Shown: positions 50,101 to 63,607, counted from the first letter of the stretch. The stretch is DNA of 64,000 nt from Perna viridis (GCA_037379345.1 CM074524.1:32621644-32685643); one strand, 5' to 3'. A program made the numbers and translations. The notes: generated from the letters alone by a model not told the origin.

Positions 50101-52027
50101 AGACTCCATAGAGAGACAAACACTTGATTAGTTCCATAGATTTTTGTGTCAAACTTTGTAGATTTTAACCTTAGATTTGTGAGTGTCAAAACCGAGCTTT
50201 GTAGATATATTTATATTTATTATTGTTGAAATTTATAGTGGGCATTAAAAACCCAAACTTTTTTTGCATGTTTTTAAATGTTTTTTAATTTTCACCATTC
50301 AGATAAATCCTTTATGAAACAAGTACTTGTAGTTCCAAAGAAAAAGATGGATTTAATATCCCATAGTTATTAATCATTTAAAAGAAAAAAAAAATAAAGA
50401 TAGTACTAAAAATATCGTATAGCGGTTGTTTTGATGGTTGTAAATTTTGGCGATATTAATTCGAATAAGTAGATGAACAATTTTACCAATTCTAATTTTG
50501 GTGGATGTAAAGTGATGCTTATAAGCTCAGTGTTAATATTTTGCGAAATTTATAACTGCATTTTTTTTAGATAGACAGCTTAAATTCGCCAGAATGATGA
50601 GTACCCTGCTAAAAAATATCCACTTCAAGGAATATACCTCTTCATCATAAAACTCTGTGTCTAGTCCGAAATCAATTTTGTTGACCTTCTCTGTTGAATT
50701 TGTATCTATACATGTATAAACTTGTTTTTGTTCACGATTATTTTACATTGTTAAATTATACATGTATCTACTCTTTATAACTTTATCCTTGTTTGTTATT
50801 TTACAACCTAATTCTGGATTGTAGCTCTCTATTGAGCAAATTAACATGCGATAAGTGGATCTTTCTAGGGAAGATGAACACTTATGTCCTGTCTTGAAGT
50901 TTTACTGGGTGTCATTACTCGTATAAGGACTTTGGTCTGTCTCATAAATTTTCATTAGGTAAAACTTTGAACCTTACATGGGAAAAATTTAAATTAACTA
51001 AGTATCTTAGGGGCTGTTGGGCATCTGCTTTTTGTTGTTCAACAAAATTCAGCTGTTTCTGTCTAGACCATTTTTATGTCAATAAATTGATAATGAATGT
51101 ACATTTTTTCATTTTCTGGCAATCAACTATGTATTGTATCACAAGCAAAAATTTTAAATAATATCTAGGAGAAATCAGTGTATTTATATTGCAGTTATAA
51201 ATTTATTGAAAAAACTCCATGAACAGTGATACTCAGATCTGTCAGTTTGTAAACTTTTATACTTGTTATTTTATTTTGTTCATATACCAGCTTGTAATAA
51301 ATAGTGTGATTCTTTAAAGGTTTTATAAGCCATATTTTGTTAATATGGAAATAAACTTACTCTTATCCTGTGTCTTGTTGGCTTCAAAAGTATTCAAAAA
51401 AAATTATTTTAAAACATTTTGAAAAACTTACAAAATACTTCAATTATTTTTTATATATACAGAGGAAAACTAAAAAAAAATTGTGCTATATTGCTTAGTT
51501 TCGTATGAATATAACTGTATAAAAATATCAAGGCTACACACCTGTGCTTATCAATTCATTGTATGGGTAAAAATAAAGAAACCTTTGCTCGGAGTTAAGG
51601 ATCATATATTGTCTGAGAGAATCTATTGTCAGTGGTAAGTACTATGTGACTGTTAGACTAATACAGGATACCAGCCAATCAGGTAAATTAGCTAAATATG
51701 TGTATTTTTATTTCGGAATTTTAAAGTTATTATCAGTGTATAAATAATGGCTAAAAAGACATTTTTAATGCATTTTGTCATTCTTGATTAAAGAATCCTT
51801 TGTTTGTCAGAGATGCAGACTTAAAAAAATAATTGGTTTGGTAAAAACTGTATGACGTCCTATTATAATGGTCCACTTTTAAACACACAATTTAATTTGC
51901 ATCTTACAAAAACGATTAATAATTAAGGAATTGTTTTCTCATTAACATAGAAGTCTCTTGCTATTAATATATTATTTGAACTTTTTGTTAAGTAGCATGG
52001 TTAATACTTCTACATGGTTGTTTATAG

Positions 52028-52260
52028 AGAAGTACAAAGATGACTTTGAATCAGGAGATGATGAATCCTACAAGATGAAGCACAGATCTAGATCAAGTTC
52101 TTCGTCATCCAGCTCTAGCTCAAGTTCTCGTTCTCGTTCTCGCTCACATACACCTGCTCCAAGAGAGGATGACCGTGACATTATTGGACTTAAAGCTGAT
52201 GAGGAGGTACCTGGACGGAAGAGATCGGTTGATGAGGAGTCCAAACCAGAAGACAGAAAG
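52028..52260 (+). CDS. ERICH3: ERICH3 downstream exon (Ser/Arg-rich)
   Basis: ttatag / gtagga; phase 1-0; EKYKDDFESGDDESYKMKHRSRSSSS... Confidence 0.8.
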
Positions 52261-53021
52261 GTAGGAAATTCAAACTTAAGATTAATTACCAGAATGCAGG
52301 GGGGATGCATTGTAAAAAATAAACATTGAAAAACAAAACAGAGAATTAATTAGTATTGTAGTTAATGCATATGATTGTAATAGAAAGTATTTAAATACAT
52401 GTATTTAACCTTGCATACCTCTTTGGTCCCAAATCCACACTGACTTTTGTCAAACAAACCCAAAAGAGAAATTAAAAGTTTGTTTTTCCTTAAAAAATGC
52501 ATGACTCTCCCCATTTCTGAAGATCAAATTGGTATTACTCCCACACAATTCAGTGGATCATAAATTCCTGGTAATTTGCTTAACTACATATAATGTTCTT
52601 GTTGTCTACAAAGTTTCATGACAATTGGTGCAGTAGAGTTTTAAGAGATGTAGTTACAAAAAAGTGACAGACGGACATACAGGGCAAATCAATATGTCTC
52701 CCTATTACAGTAGGAGGAAACATAATAGATAAAGAAGATGAGGACAATATTTCAATGAATTGCTGTTTGTAATGATAAGGATTTGTCTTAATTTTCTTAA
52801 ATTAAATTGCTTGTTCTTGCAGTCTTGAAAAAAAAAAGTTGAGCAGGTATACAGATATGTAAATATGGTAAATGAGTTACACTGAGTCACATGAACTGGT
52901 CCAATGTTAGGTTCTTGAAGTTTACATGTTAAGATTCTATTGCTCAGAGAGGATGCTAGCATTGATATACTGTAGAAAAATATTTTTTCAATTTGGTTAA
53001 CTGCTTGCTCCTTTTTTCCAG

Positions 53022-53094
53022 ATTGGGGGATATTCTGATGATGATGAACAGCCAGAGAGTCTCAAGTGGACCACTGGTGCTCAACAGAAACAAG
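53022..53094 (+). CDS. ERICH3: ERICH3 downstream exon
   Basis: ttccag / gtaaac; phase 0-1; IGGYSDDDEQPESLKWTTGAQQKQ. Confidence 0.78.
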
Positions 53095-53232
53095 GTAAAC
53101 CAAAGACTTTTTCTATTTTAAGGTTACTTGGCCTGGTTTTTTACAAAACTTGGTTAACTTGAATATCTGTATAGATTGTAGTAAATAAAACTTTTTTACT
53201 TACTACCTACTTTGCTGAGAGATAATATGAAA

Positions 53233-53493
53233 TAGGCACAGCCTACAGCCAAGCATCACACTTAGACAACAAGAGTTAGGCACAGCCTACAACCGAGCAT
53301 TCCACTTAGACATAACATGAGTTAGGCACAGCCTACAACGGAGCATACCACTTGGACATAACATGAGTTAGGCACAGCCTACAACCGAGCATACTACTTA
53401 GACATAACATGAGTTAGGCACAGCCTACAACCAAGCATCCCATTTGAGACATAACACGAGTTAGGCACAGCCTACAATGCAGCATCACACTTG
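53233..53493. repeat. Minisatellite, about 46-bp unit x about 5.7
   Basis: unit TTAGGCACAGCCTACAACCGAGCATACCACTTAGACATAACATGAG. Confidence 0.92.
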
Positions 53494-53550
53494 TATATTT
53501 TTCTTACATTTGTTAAAACTCTGAAAAAAGGACAATGGCTGAAAGGCGTG

Positions 53551-53683
53551 ATTACTTTGTATGTATGCTTTTAATTACTTTATGTTCTTTGTTGTGTCTG
53601 TCTGTTTTCCATGTCTGGTCTTCGTCCCTGGATTACATTCTTTTGATTACCGCTAAAACTTTGGTTCCCTTGATTACTCTTTC
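53551..53683 (+). mobile_element. Penelope-like retroelement extreme 3' fragment (copy D)
   Basis: matches 5862-5991 and ends at the same TTGATTACTCT. Confidence 0.78.
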
Positions 53684-53862
53684 ACTTTGAATTTACTTTC
53701 CATATTGCTGTTTCAACGGTATTGGTTGTATCCTTTGTTTGACTTTAGATTCAGTACCACATCAACTTAGGCCATTGAATATAATAGGGTAAAATAGGAT
53801 ATAGTTAACATGTTTACACATGTCCTTAATTTCTGTTTTGACAGTTGATCTTTGTGTTACAG

Positions 53863-53938
53863 GGAGACGATCCAGTACTAGTAGTTCTAGCAGCAGCTCC
53901 AGTAAATCTAGTACACGCAGTGTAGATAGTGTCAAAAG
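53863..53938 (+). CDS. ERICH3: ERICH3 downstream exon
   Basis: ttacag / gtttgt; phase 1-2; GRRSSTSSSSSSSSKSSTRSVDSVK. Confidence 0.78.
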
Positions 53939-53965
53939 GTTTGTTGTCTGTCTACATAATTATTA

Positions 53966-54890
53966 TATTCTCACTCAAGGAGTGGTAGGTATTTTGGAAT
54001 CACCTTGTCCATTCAACATACTGTCCATCCTAACTTTGTCATAACTATATTTGTTCCTAATAGATGGATTAACTTCAAACTTGATGTGTGGCTTCATGTA
54101 GATAGAAAATATGTTGAATATGATTTTTGGTGCTATCTAATATCAACTTCTTGTTTCATGGGACATTGCCATTTCTGTACCCAAGCTCCAAATGATAGGG
54201 GATATACTGTTTTACCTTTGTCATGTTTCAATCCATAACAATTTTTCTGTCAGAGTTTTCTCAGCAACTACTCATCACAGCAGCTTGAAACTTTAACTCA
54301 TTCTTCCTGTATGTATGCCATATGGTTGGGATTTATTTTTGGAAAAATTTGACAACTTCCTGTTTTGCAAGACTTTATTTCTAATACCCCCACTTGAAAA
54401 GTGGGAGGTGTGATCATTGTGTCTATCCATCAGGCAATCTGTTTTTCGATTTTTCTGTCCCTTCTTCTCATCAGCAACTCCTCTGAAACACATGAATGGA
54501 ATTTGATTAAACTTTCACAGATTCTTAATTACATGATCTCATTGTACACCTCCTATTTTGTTTTAACACCTGTGCTTTCAATCACTTCTGGGGGGTACCC
54601 TGTATGTTTTACTAGGAAGGGGAGCAGGGGTATTACCATGTGAGCTTTGCTCAAAGTTTTTCTAGTTTACCTTATATTGTGATTAAAAGCGGTGCATCAC
54701 TTTAACGAGTCATCACTCACAGATTTCTTGAATAGTAGAGAAAATTTTTGTTACAGAAATCTTTGCTTCCATTTAATGGATTGATTTTAAAGTGGTTGTG
54801 TGGCTTTGTTCAAATTGGGCATACCTGATGTAAGTGATTTTGGTTGCTATCGAATATCAGTTTCCTGTATAAGTATGGGTACACTTAACA
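53966..54890 (+). mobile_element. Cluster of decayed Helentron/HINE-like elements
   Basis: repeated GGTATWTTGGAATCACCTTGTCC and GGGGATATACTGTTTTACC heads and AAACTTGRTGTGTGGCTT bodies; relatives near 518-700, 38108-38340 and 63465-64000, and reversed near 13770-13890 and 52540-52730. Confidence 0.55.
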
Positions 54891-55838
54891 CAACATGTGC
54901 AACTTCAAGTTGTATTATAGGTGTCTTTGATGTGGTATTGTTTATCTCTTACTATGGTGGGGTATTAGTGCCAGAAATAAATGGATAAGCCTGACCTCAG
55001 CTATAATTATAGGTTTGACAATTAGTGAATATGAATTTGAATAAAAAAATATCAATTTGAGAGCCTTGGGGAATAAGTTACAATATTGAAATTATATAAC
55101 TTAAGTTGATATTTTGTGATATAACTTTCACATGTAATAAAACTTTTTCTTCTATGAATCCTTTGGTTAGTCTTTGATTCATTGTTTTTATGGGAGAACA
55201 ATGTTAGAAACATCACAATGTTGCTTTGACAAATCAGATTTTATAGAAAATGTGTCACCATCAATTGCAACTGAAAATTTTTCATATCTCTTGTTCAAAT
55301 CACATCATCTGTTGATGATATCGTCAATTTCTAGCCAAGCAAGAAGTAGATCAAATAACCAAATTCTAGAGAATGCTTTTGTTATTCATTGAGTAAGGAT
55401 ATATAGAGTGACTTATATCTGTTTTAAAGACCACCACACTTTTATTTATTGAAATATTCTTTTTTGTTTGACAAACTGCTTAACTAAATGTTTTTAAACT
55501 CTATCATACTGCTACAGTCAATAAATGTTGATAAAGTATGTTCTGCATTTTATGTTCACACATTGTGCTCCAATTACTGTTCATTGTCAATTTTAATTTG
55601 TTATTTAAGAAATGTTTCTAATTTTTGAACAGGTGATACAAAAAAATCTGGTTTGCTCAAAGAGAACAACCAATCAGAGAGCTTGTTACAAGTCAGATTA
55701 AATTCTTTCTTGAGCTACACCAATGTTAGCATTACTTTGAATAAGAATTTTTTTCCTCCTTTAAGGTATACTATTAATACACGTAATCTAAGTATTGGAT
55801 TAGAAAAGAATCATAACCCATTTAAATTGAATTTGTAG

Positions 55839-57616
55839 GACACAGAAGCTTGAGCCTATGAAGCCAGTGGAAACTCCTTATAATGAATCAGAATCAACTC
55901 AGAGTGATGCCCATGTAAGTGTTGAGGCTGAAGTACATCGTCAGGAGAAGGAAGTAAAAAGAAGAAGCAGTACATCTTCTTCTTCATCATCTGATGATGA
56001 TGTTAAAAAATATGAGAGACAAATATCAAGTGAGGAGAGAAGGAAGGAAGAACACAGATTAATGATTGAGAAAAGACGAGAAGAAGAAATACAAAAGGAG
56101 GAAGAGCGTCAACTTAAAATAGCTAGACAAAGACAGGAAGCCGAAGAGAGATGGGAGAAAGAGAGAAAAGATCAAGAGGAAAGGGATAGACTAAGAAAGG
56201 AGAAGGAGAGAAAAGATCAGGAGGAAAGGGATAGACAAATGAAGGAGAAAGAGGAAGAAGCTAGAAGAGAGAAGGAGGAACAAAGGAGGCGTGAGGAAGA
56301 AGACAAGCGTAAGGCATATGCTGAGCGTAAAGCTCAACCTCAGTTTAATTCATTCCCAGAAATGGATCAAATCCCAGAACCTGTTAGTTACTCTAGAATG
56401 TTTGAGGAAGAAGTTATTGCTGCTCGTCATGAAGTTCAAGTTGAAGCTGATAGAAGTGTGTATGAAAGACACACAACAAGAGCAGAACTTGAGGAAGAGA
56501 GGAAACCTGCTGTTGTTGCTGCTAGAGTAAAACAAATGACAAGCTCTAGTAGTACTGGTACAAGTAGTGAATCAGAAAAGGAAAAGAGGTCAAAGCCTGA
56601 GGTCAAGAGAGTACCATCAATAAGGAGTAAATCTAGTAAATCTTCAAGCAGTTCTACCAGCAGTAGTTCTGAGACTGAAACTGATGTTGGTAAAGGAAAA
56701 GGTCCCTCCCCACCGAGGACACCCACACCAGTGAAGGTTACACCCCCAAGATCAAGGGCGAGTTCAAGTTCAAGTTCAAGTTCAAGTAGTGAGTCTGAAA
56801 CCGAAACTGATGGTGACAAGTCCAAACCCATTCCTGGTAAAGGACCAAGCCCTCCAAGAACACCTACCCCAACGAGGGTCACACCCCCAAGGTCAAGGGC
56901 AACTTCAAGTTCAAGTTCAAGCAGTGACTCCGAAACAGAGACTGATACTAGCAGGTCTAAACCAACTGCAGCCAAACCTCCAAGTCCACCAACACCCATA
57001 AAGGTCACACCTCCAAGGTCAAGGGCATCTTCAACTTCAAGTTCAAGCTCAGACAGTGACTCTGAAACTGAGACTGATGCTGACAAAACTCCAAGAACTG
57101 TTGGTTTAGTAACTGCTCCAAAGCCTGCCTCAAGTTCTACAAGCATCAGTGAATCAGAAACTACTACTGATACTGATCAGAAACAAGTTCGCCCGGTCCA
57201 AACAGGACGTGCAACACCAATTCGAGAGGAAACAGAATCAAGCTCAAGCAGCTCAGATAGTGAAACTGAAACAGACAATGATAAGGTGAAGAAAAGAACA
57301 ACACCACCAAAACAGCCAAGCCCTCCACCACAGCCAATCGAGCCAGTGGTGACCACTAAATCGGCTGTCAGAAAATCATCAAGCAGTAGTTCTAGTTCAG
57401 AAAGTGAAACTGAAACAGAGACTGCTACTGAAACAGCTACTGAGACAGAAACTGACAATGAAAAGGTCAAAAGGTCATCAGAACCACAATCAGAAAAGGA
57501 AAAACTACCAGCTATAAAGGAGAAAAAGAGTAAGTCTAGTTCTAGTGGTAGTGAAACAGAGACAGAAAAAGGAAAACAGAAGAAAGCAGAGGATACCAAG
57601 GATGATAAAAAGAAAG
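55839..57616 (+). CDS. ERICH3: ERICH3 large downstream exon (E/R/K helical segment plus PSPPRTPTP / poly-Ser / ETETD repeats)
   Basis: ttgtag acceptor in phase 2 joins 53938; contains the 592-aa ORF; AAG|GTAAAA donor in phase 1. Confidence 0.82.
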
Positions 57617-59076
57617 GTAAAATAGTCTATAGATAGAAGTCTACAAACATTGTATAAAATACAAGGTCTTACAATAAGATTAAGTTTTACAAAAAACAAA
57701 GATTTATTTCTTTAATAAAAAGTACAAATTATTGAGAGGATATTCCAATTGTTAGCTATTGAGACTTCCTTATCTTAACCACAAATGAGAAAAAACATGC
57801 TATGTTTGTAACATCAAAATTAAGTGTTAGTTTTTACATGAGTCAGAAATATGCATGTCAATAATCCACCGATCTGACAATATGATTTCATTGAAAGATG
57901 CTTTCTCTATATGAAAAAAATATAATTTGATTCTGCATCATTGGATTTGCTCAGAAAGGTAGAGAAATGAGGCTTTTCACGGAGTTATTTGCCCTTAATA
58001 GTTGCATTTCAATGAAATTATAACTCAATTTAAATTAATGATATTGAAAATCTTGTCTCTTTTCCTTGATTATGATGGTGAAAATAGTCAAATAAACTTT
58101 CAAAATGGTGGGTTATTCCATACCATGTTTCATCCACCGCCTGCGTCTTACAGAGACTGACACTTAAAATGTTTATTGACATCATATATAAACAAGGGAA
58201 TAGTGGCCAGTAGAGAGTTCAGAATTAGTATACTAATCACAAAATTCACATGTGAGAAAGTGAGAAAACAAACACAACCAAAAAATTCTCAAACACCTGC
58301 AAGATTTCACTGTTCTGTAATTGTTAGAGTCTAAGAGAACTTGAAATCTTTCCTTGGGTGTCTGTGATTTATCTGTCTTACACTCTCAGCTGTGTTAGAT
58401 TCTTAATGTCTCTGATATTGACTCTGATTCAGTGTAAATCGTGTGAAGAGATGCATACCTTACCAATGGAGTTGGTCTTAAATCCAAACTTCTTTTGGAT
58501 TTTTGGTAGCAGTTGTGTTTGTAGTATTTCATTCAGTTTAGATTGCTTTTTATCATTGTAATTATATTTTATTCATTAAAATTACTAATTGTATTGAACT
58601 GGATTGAGTTATAGGCTTGGTCTGTGGAAGGTCTTTCTATTGGTTTCTTTTTTCAATGGTATTGTATTGTAAAGTTTTATGATGATTAAATTAAAATTTG
58701 TCTTTTCGGAAAGCTACTTTTGAATTCAATATTGTGGATGAATTGTTGAATAAAAACAAAGTAACATTTTTTTAGAAAAAAAATCTATTTCGACAATTAT
58801 ATAATTCATGCAAATTACATCATCTGTGTTATTTGCATTAGCCAAACTGTTATAGAAATAAAGGCATAGACAAATGTCATGGCTAATGTCCAGTGTATTG
58901 GAATAGACCATCATCAAAATTTGATTAGCCACATTCAAGCTCTTCTAGCATTTGGCTGTGTGGCTACCTTCTACTGCTAACACTGCATAATATTCTTGAT
59001 GCTTTTAATTTGTATGTCACAAACATTTTTTGAATCCTCATCTTATAATTACCTCCCCTGATTTCACTCTCTACAG

Positions 59077-59166
59077 ACACCACAACAACATCTGACAGTA
59101 GTGGATCATCAGATTCTTCTTCTGATTCATCTGATAGTGAAGATGAAGACAAGAAAAAAACAGCTG
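59077..59166 (+). CDS. ERICH3: ERICH3 downstream exon
   Basis: ctacag / gtaggt; 90 nt, phase 1-1; DTTTTSDSSGSSDSSSDSSDSEDEDKKKTA. Confidence 0.8.
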
Positions 59167-60212
59167 GTAGGTCTCATAAGGACAATGTATAAATAAATGA
59201 ATATGGTCTTCAATTCTTTTGATGCTGAAGCCCAGATCTTGATAATGGGGTTGTTTACAGTGTGCTGTAAACTTATTTTACTTTATTTTGGATAGTTAAT
59301 CAAGGGACAGTTTGGAAAGATTTATTTCATCATCTAACAAGTAGTGAATGTCAAGTATGGGCATCCAATTTATTCTAACATCGTGAAAGCGAATGATAAA
59401 CATTGACAAGATATAAGCATGTATGTTGGTTGACTTTCAGAAATTATTGGGTGCAATTTTATTGTTCTTTCATGTGTCTTTGCCATGTGAGGAAAAATGT
59501 TGACTGAGTGCCACAAAACTTGAAAGTACTTAAGTCTGTGAATATTCCTAACTTACTTGGTAACTCTGAACAAAATCATGGGATTTTATGATTTCATAAG
59601 CTGTTAAAAGAACATTATCAGACTTATTTAATTTTTACATCACTAATTACATTATGTGGGGTTTATGATTGATATGTAGTATAAAAACAAATTTCTGAAT
59701 TTACAGTCAGTTGTGACAAAAGTATTAAATTTTATTATTGTTTTTCCAAACTTGCATTCCTTGCATTTCTATATTTATTTACAATTCTTTCCTTTATTTA
59801 TTACCTAAAGCCATCTTTATAAACAGAATGCTACTGATTAACATTAATTTGTTATATGCCAATATCACTGTGTTACAAATGATTCATAGTTTGATCATAC
59901 TGTGAATTAAAAAAAAGGTGTAAAATTAAGATGTTTCACAATGAAATCATTAAAGTTACAGATTCACAAACAGATGAAATTTTGACAAACAAGGATAATT
60001 GATGATCACAAGGAAAAATCCCATTACTTTTAATATAAGGATAAAATTTCAAATCCAATCAAGTCATGAATAAATACCATGATTTAAGAAGCTAAATTGA
60101 GTCTCAAAATGCTATACACTGTTTACTAAAACAGCATGATCTTCTTAGCATGAAAAATTTTAAGCAGCATGCAAGGCCAAATGACAGAGTGATTTATTAG
60201 TTCTCATTCATT

Positions 60213-60410
60213 GGCTGCCTGTATTACCTATTAGGGTAGTCATGTTACCCATTAGGGTAGTCATATCAAGATAATGCACTGGCTGCTTTATTACCCATTA
60301 GGGTAGTCATGTTACCCATTAGGGTAGTCCTATGAAGATAATGCACTGGCTGCCTTTATTACCCATTAGTGTAGTCATATTACCCATTAGGGCAGTCATA
60401 TCAAGATAAT
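60213..60410. repeat. Minisatellite, about 68-bp unit x3 with an internal 21-bp subrepeat
   Basis: subunit TTACCCATTAGGGTAGTCATG occurs twice per unit. Confidence 0.88.
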
Positions 60411-61614
60411 AAAAAGCAAAAACAGCACACACCCTTTTATTTATTCAGCTAATAAACAATGTAAGCATCTTCATAGACAATGATAAAAGTTAAAAATTGC
60501 CAACCTTTATCTTCATTTTGCATTTACACAATGTATGGGAACCAATACATTAACTTTGAATGGCCTTAGTGTTTATAAGATTTCTGAAGGTAGTTATAGA
60601 TAGACAGTTAAGCTGTAGGCTAGATGTTTGACAAATTTTCACAATGCATTTTTGATCTTATTTTTTCATACAAAAAAATAGCCATGGTCCTTTTTCATAT
60701 ATCAAATTTGTATCTAACATACTTGTGGGTTCTAACATAGGAAGTTAATTCAGTTTAGTTTTTTTGGCAAAATGAAGAGAAATTGTTGACTGAGATAGAT
60801 GTTCAGGTTTATTCTACACTCAACCCAATGCACTATATTTTCATAGGTTCCAAACCATAAAACAGTCTATATTACTTTAAGGCCTTGCTTTTCTGTAAGT
60901 TATGGCCAGAAAATAGAACTGTCAAAGTATTGAAACTAACAATAATGCAGAGATGAAGAGATTTTAAAAAGGGGAGGGGATGTCCAGGCTATCATTTGCT
61001 CATTTTGCTGAAATTTTGTCTGAAATTAACCTTTTTATTTTACAAAAATAGGGGTGTTAAGCCCTGGTACACCCTCCCTTAGATATTACACTACCTATTT
61101 AGTAGACAACCAAAGAAGGAAGGAAATGTATACAGTAATGTCAATTTTAATGTTGCAAACAAATACTTCAACAAACTGAAAAAAAAGTCAACAACAAGAA
61201 CTTCATCCTCAAGTATGACCCAATAATTATTGATATGACAGATATTCATGTTCTTGGAGTTTTTTTAACGACATTGTAAAGCTAAATCTATCTGACCAGT
61301 CTTTATATACATAAACCATTCTAGGCAGCTCTACTGCTGTTGTTTTTTTACTGGTACATTCCATCAAAATGAATGCAGTTAGAAAAGTTCAATCCCTCTA
61401 GCTGTTTCCAAGCCATTAAACCGTTTATCCAGTAAATACTCTACCTATGTCAGAAAACATTAATTTTAGATACAAATTTGGTATTGTGGACAAAGGTTAT
61501 ATCATACATCAAACCTAGAGCTAGACTTCTGATGATATAATGGGTAGGAGTCATGTACACATATATAAGTTAGGAGCCAATGTTTGTGCTAACATTTCTT
61601 ACCTTTTGTTTCAG

Positions 61615-61634
61615 GGAGGGCACAGCAGCCTTAA
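61615..61634 (+). CDS. ERICH3: ERICH3 putative micro terminal exon (GRAQQP*)
   Basis: branch-point-like GCTAAC, long pyrimidine tract and TTTCAG; phase-1 stop at 61632-61634; AATAAA at 61835-61840. Confidence 0.45.
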
Positions 61635-63051
61635 TGAAAACATGGAGTCTCTTCTAATATACACCTGTCTTGCTTTATGTAGTGTTAATCACTTTAATAT
61701 GGAAAAAATGCATTCACATTTTTAATTTTTTTTTAACTTAGTTTTTGTTTTTTCTATTTTGTAATTTTTATCTTTAGATCTGTATATTTGGAATATTTAA
61801 GGTATTTGTAGTTAAAATGTTAAAATTAAGTTGGAATAAATGTACTAATATTTATCACATTCCCTATTTCATGTAATTAGTCAACTTCAATATCATTTAC
61901 ATGTACAGTAATGATTTAGAACTGAAATAATTAAAATTAATGTGGTAGAGAGTTGTAGAACTTTAACAGTTATGTAAGATTGGAGCATGACGGCTATTTC
62001 AAGCCACTATTTTTCATGTGTGATTCCTAAAGAGAGGGATTTTGTTTGTAATGAACTGAATGCATTTTGAATGTTGTGATTTATTAATTCTGTTCCTTGA
62101 AGCACATGAAATTTCATTCAGTCCACTTTTAACTTGTATTTTTTTTACTCGATGACTCTATTGAGCAGTAATTGTAGGACCCTTATTTCAGTTTCATCAT
62201 AATAAGACTTATACAAATATACATTAATGGAAGGCTGTCAAAATTTATTGAATGTTTTTTTTCCAGTTTCTGATCAAAAGTAGTAATACTTTTCCTGTAC
62301 AATCAATTTACCTTTTTATTTTATACCTCAGCTTTTAACGCCAACGCATTTCTCAACAGAAATCACTTGCGGTACCAAGCTTAAGCTGCTGCCCTTCCGA
62401 CCACATATAATATATCATTGCACAATCATGTTCTTGTCACTTATGTTTTACTCTTTAGATTTTGTATATACGTTGTTTAAACCTTAAGCTTTTATCTGAT
62501 TCTATTTTTGATGTTATAATTCTTGGCTTTTGTAACTTTTTCTTCCTTCTGTCGCTTTGCTTTCACTAACTGCTTCACTCCGTACACAAATGTTACAACA
62601 CTTTTCATTGGCTGTTGCTGACTTCATCTGAAGATCTTACCCAATCAGGTAATACCATATATGTGTATGTCTTGGTAGTAGTTTAGAAAGAGGTTAATAG
62701 TATTAACAATCACTTGGGTTTTAAACTTCCTGTAATCTTTAATGATTAAAATCTACATGAATCAATTAATAGAAAAAGACAAGGGAAATAAATAATGTTG
62801 CTACATTATGTTAAAAATGAAGTAGCAAATTATTGTACCCCAGTTCTTTTTATATACGGCATGTCAAATAAAAATACTTCACTTTTGATAGATTTTGGAT
62901 AATGTTCTTTGTTGTTTCTCCTTTTAGATATGTAGTTTGCCGTGAATACTACCAGTATTCATTTGTAATAAAGAAACAATATGAAATGAAAAACTGATGT
63001 TGATAAGATGTCGTCTGTTGCATATAACATCTGTAGTGTTTCCTTTCACAG

Positions 63052-63228
63052 AGAAAATGGCAGAAATCTTAGTTGAAAAAGAAATCTCTACAGAGACAAC
63101 ACCTACTGAGGTTAAAGGTCAATCTGTTGAAGGTCAAGAGAAAGCAGTTAGTGATGAACCTTTTATCAGTGAAAGTGAAGGAGAACCCAAAGTAGCCACT
63201 ACAATATTTGACACAGAGAGTGATGGTG
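63052..63228 (+). CDS. ERICH3: ERICH3 downstream exon; gene continues past the window (alternative donor at 63243)
   Basis: tcacag acceptor in phase 1; EKMAEILVEKEISTETTPTEVKGQ...; donors GTAACA and GTACAT are both phase 1. Confidence 0.7.
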
Positions 63229-63420
63229 GTAACATGCATGGAGGTACATAATCCTTAATTAAGATACAAATTTTTATGCCAAATATTTTAACAATGATTT
63301 TGGTATATAGCTGTTTGTCTGCCTGTCTATATCTAATACAAGTCAAAAATGCTGAATAATTTTATGTAATGTTTCCTACATATAAGGAAGATGTTTTTCT
63401 TGTATCTTTTTGCTATTACC

Positions 63421-63450
63421 CACACACACACATACACACACACACACACA
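63421..63450. repeat. (CA)n microsatellite
   Basis: CACACACACACATACACACACACACACACA. Confidence 0.9.
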
Positions 63451-63607
63451 ACCTTTTCAATAAGTGGGTGGTATATTGGAATCACCTTGTCCGTCCATCG
63501 TTCTGAATTTCATCACAATTATCTTGGTTCTTTGTGGATGGATTGACTTCAAATTTGATGTGTTGCTATATATAGATAGGGCATATGTTGAAAGGAATTT
63601 TGGGTGC

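Noticed and set aside
53233-53493. Regularly spaced repeats here and at 6797-7012 resembling a CRISPR array
   Set aside because: The intervening sequences are themselves repeated (no unique spacers), there are no cas genes and the context is eukaryotic; these are minisatellites
55633-55765. Possible extra ERICH3 exon (GDTKKSGLLKENNQSESLLQ...)
   Set aside because: It gives an immediate TGA if joined to the preceding phase-2 donor, and 53938 joins 55839 directly in frame; it could only work as an alternative to 53863-53938, with no supporting evidence
56436-57599. 236-aa and 140-aa antisense ORFs
   Set aside because: Mirror of the low-complexity Ser/Glu/Thr coding exon on the + strand
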